Part shown: piece after piece, positions 61,901-64,000 of the stretch | How the letters are laid out: every line of letters begins with the position of its first letter | How positions within the stretch are numbered: position 1 is the stretch's first letter | DNA from: Iphione sp. A-MEVVRFRX5 | Taxonomy: Eukaryota | Assembly (NCBI GenBank): GCA_976226885.1 | Contig: OZ320316.1 | Span: 17,794,001-17,858,000 of the forward strand | Direction of reading: 5' to 3' | Length of the DNA: 64,000 nt | The notes under the pieces: model-generated | What the model was told of the DNA's origin: nothing | What the model saw: the letters and a program-made list of their open reading frames with translations, nothing else | The model's database searches: none | Made by a program: the position numbers and the translations under genes

Positions 61901-63570
61901 TAGTAAGGTAGTTTTTGCTCATGTTTTTTTCCTTTTCAAACTCTTTTCGTGTTCCGCTCGCAGAACTTTAGTACTCTGTACAGAAGAAGTGTGAATAAAA
62001 ATCTTTGAAATCCTTGAAAGTATTGGGCAGTAGAATTTTGAGGAAAGTAGGCGTCAAGGTAGCTAGCAAGTAGAGGATGAAAGAAAGTAGTGGGAATTAT
62101 AAACAGATACCAGTAGAAATCAGTCAGAGGCAATGCTAGGGGGCAAAAGGCGTTATATGTAGAATAGAGCACACTCCTTTCTTCGCTTAAAAAAAGTCAC
62201 ACTTCATGAGAAATGTAATTGCAGGGTGAATAACAGCAAAAATATTTTTTTATTTCAGTGAATACTCAATTACTGAAACTGCAACCAGTTAAACTTAATC
62301 ACTAGGTGATAAGCAGATGGTGCTACATACTGACAATGACTGTGATACTATTTTTCTTAGACGTTGCCATTGCTTATTGGAGCGGGCCATGGTTTTCTGT
62401 GATAAATTAAATTCATTTGTACGGTTACAAATTTTACTGCCTCGTAACTACACAAATGGTATGATGATTTCCTTCCACTATAGTAGTTGCTGCCAGACAC
62501 TTGATGAGTGATGGACATATCACACTTTTGCTGTATTCATTGCTCTGGTTACATATTGATCTTTAAAAGCTCATGTACTGAAAAGGTTAATAAAAAAAAC
62601 TTTGAAGTTTGAAGAAATCTCCTCGTCAATGAGACGTGCTCTGATGTCCTCTACTCTATCACACAGTTTAGAAAGATGTGGAATCGACGTGTCCTGCATT
62701 AAATGTATGAAGGATTTCCTGGCGACCACCACGACCTTGGAGCAGCTATGGTATGTTTCCTAACACTGTCAGGTCATATAGGACATCCTCATTACCAATT
62801 AATTAGTGGATGGATCAAGAATGTTGTTTAATTATTACACTACCTATATAAAACATTACCCGAAAGTAGTCCGGCCATGGGGGAAGATCTCATGTGTATG
62901 AAACATATTCCTAAGCTCGTGTTTAATTCTTTTCTGATATGAAATGTGAATCTTTTTTGGAATAATAGAGTCTGTTACATGTTTTAAGGTAGAAAACCAA
63001 ATATACAAGAAAGCAAAAAAAAAACATTGGGAAATACTTTTCCTTTCAGAGTTGTATCAATGCACCACTTTGTAAAGAAACACCCTCGATAGGTTGGAGG
63101 AAGGGGTCAAAGTACAGACTGAGCTAACAACCCTTAGCATTTTACAAGCCTTGGTTTGGGTAGCTGTATCGGCGGGTGTATGGGGGGGGGGTGAGAGAGA
63201 GGAGGAAGTGTATGTGTGTAGGTGCAGGTGCCAAAGGCGCTTGTAATTATAAAAATGATTACAGTTGAGACCCATTATAGGAGACCAAACTTGGGACTGG
63301 CAAATATGGTCTCTCTCATGTTTTTCCCAGTAGACACACTCAACATAGAAGGAATTGAATGGTTTGGTCTCAGAAATCTTGGTCTCTCCCCAGTTTGATT
63401 TCCCCTGTGATCTGGTCTTTAACCAGGTCGCTACTGTATCATTTTATACTCGGTGTTTAATTCATTTATGTTTAAATTTTTTGAAGGTTGCAGCACAATT
63501 ACTTCGGAGATGAATGTACCGAGCTTCTGGCCTGTTACTTGAAGAAGAATAAGTCTGTCAGATGTTTGCA
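47842..63570 (+). CDS. NLR (NACHT-LRR) protein, 3'-partial; join(47842..48825,51464..51686,52541..52728,53769..54339,54936..55086,55509..55633,56633..56778,58037..58217,59549..59676,60001..60120,60324..60431,60969..61162,62667..62750,63487..63570)
   Basis: Walker A LIRGRPGVGKTT, Walker B IALDGLDE, VLTRP, SVCSITVYCMLVC, LSRLALSAF, YLHLSVQEFL, FLFSFG, and two 84-nt LRR exons. All 13 introns are GT-AG with compatible phases. The N gap in intron 3 could hide an exon. Confidence 0.9.
49509..50128. mobile_element. Tc1/mariner-type non-autonomous element in NLR intron 1
   Basis: TA|CAGTGGAGAGCCTC...TAGAGGCGCTCCACTG|TA with internal CTCTAATAGGGACA repeats. Confidence 0.8.
52711..53020 (+). repeat. 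31-bp minisatellite (about 10 copies) spanning the NLR exon 3 donor
   Basis: Unit (A)TACAGTAGTCATCATATG|GTAAGGATTGCC; the first copy is the exon end and splice donor. Confidence 0.9.
53469..53613. other. Assembly gap (145 N)
   Basis: Run of N. Confidence 1.
55910..55946. repeat. (CT)n microsatellite; others include (AC)n at ~39786-39810 and (AT)n at ~43483-43512
   Basis: Directly visible dinucleotide runs. Confidence 0.95.
58257..58504. mobile_element. MITE family A copy in an NLR intron, with an internal CT-rich tract
   Basis: CGGGCCCGTAGCC...TGGCTACGGGCCTG; flanks CAGAA/CAGAG. Confidence 0.85.
58845..59183. mobile_element. PIF/Harbinger (Tourist-like) MITE
   Basis: TTA|GGCCTAAAAAAAA..TGTGTTTCCAGTAAC...GTTACCGGAAACACAG..TTTAGGCC|TTA: 3-bp TTA TSD and ~35-bp imperfect TIRs. 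Confidence 0.75.
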
Positions 63571-64000
63571 GTGAGTTGTGCATTTATTCAGCAATGCCAA
63601 AAAATACCATACACCAATCTTCTGCTATCCATACGAGCTATGAATATATAATAAACATGGACATCCCATGACAATTCCCTATATCTATATGAATCCATTA
63701 AGCACGTTCCTCATGCATGTAAACTACAGTAGGACTTCTTGTGGACACGTCTGGGATGCGGACACCTCCCAAATGTGGACAATTTGGAGAAGAACCAAAT
63801 GTTTCCTATAGTTAAGCATTGTAAGAGGACCTCCCTAATCAGGACACCCATTTTAGAGGAGCTTCTCCCTGTTGACACCCTCATAGGGTAGAGCTCCAAG
63901 CCTCTGTACATGTTTTTGTGTGAATTTGCACCTTGAAATGTGAATTCACACCTTGAAATCAGTCTAAACCCACCTATTTGTGGTCTAAACCCCCCCCATA

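Overview
Repeat-rich, intron-containing animal DNA (invertebrate-like; one 145-N gap at 53469-53613). Two host genes can be spliced with consistent exon phases: a fuseless-family membrane protein (+, 11625-17297, 3 coding exons) and a NACHT-LRR (NLR) immune receptor (+, 47842 to beyond 63570, at least 14 exons) whose N-terminus has four 25-aa coiled-coil repeats. The main accessory feature is an 8.2-kb Polinton/Maverick-type element (31159-39358) with identical 93-bp TIRs, (AGC)n ends and a 6-bp TSD (CCCTGT). It has no recognisable protein-primed polymerase, integrase or protease, and its major and minor capsid genes are decayed. It keeps an open zinc-finger/Pro-Ala/packaging-ATPase fusion, a small basic ORF and a double-PC4 gene, and also holds a truncated second ATPase and a ~200-bp tandem array. 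Other mobile DNA: an apparently intact two-intron piggyBac (44373-47259, TTAA-flanked), the 5' part of a degenerate Gypsy element with a tRNA-His PBS and extra upstream ORFs (1-3699), a second decayed Gypsy, a Sola-like transposase pseudogene, LINE fragments and three MITE families. A probable NADAR-domain exon lies at 28685-28872. All family assignments rest on motif recognition by eye; no database search was run.
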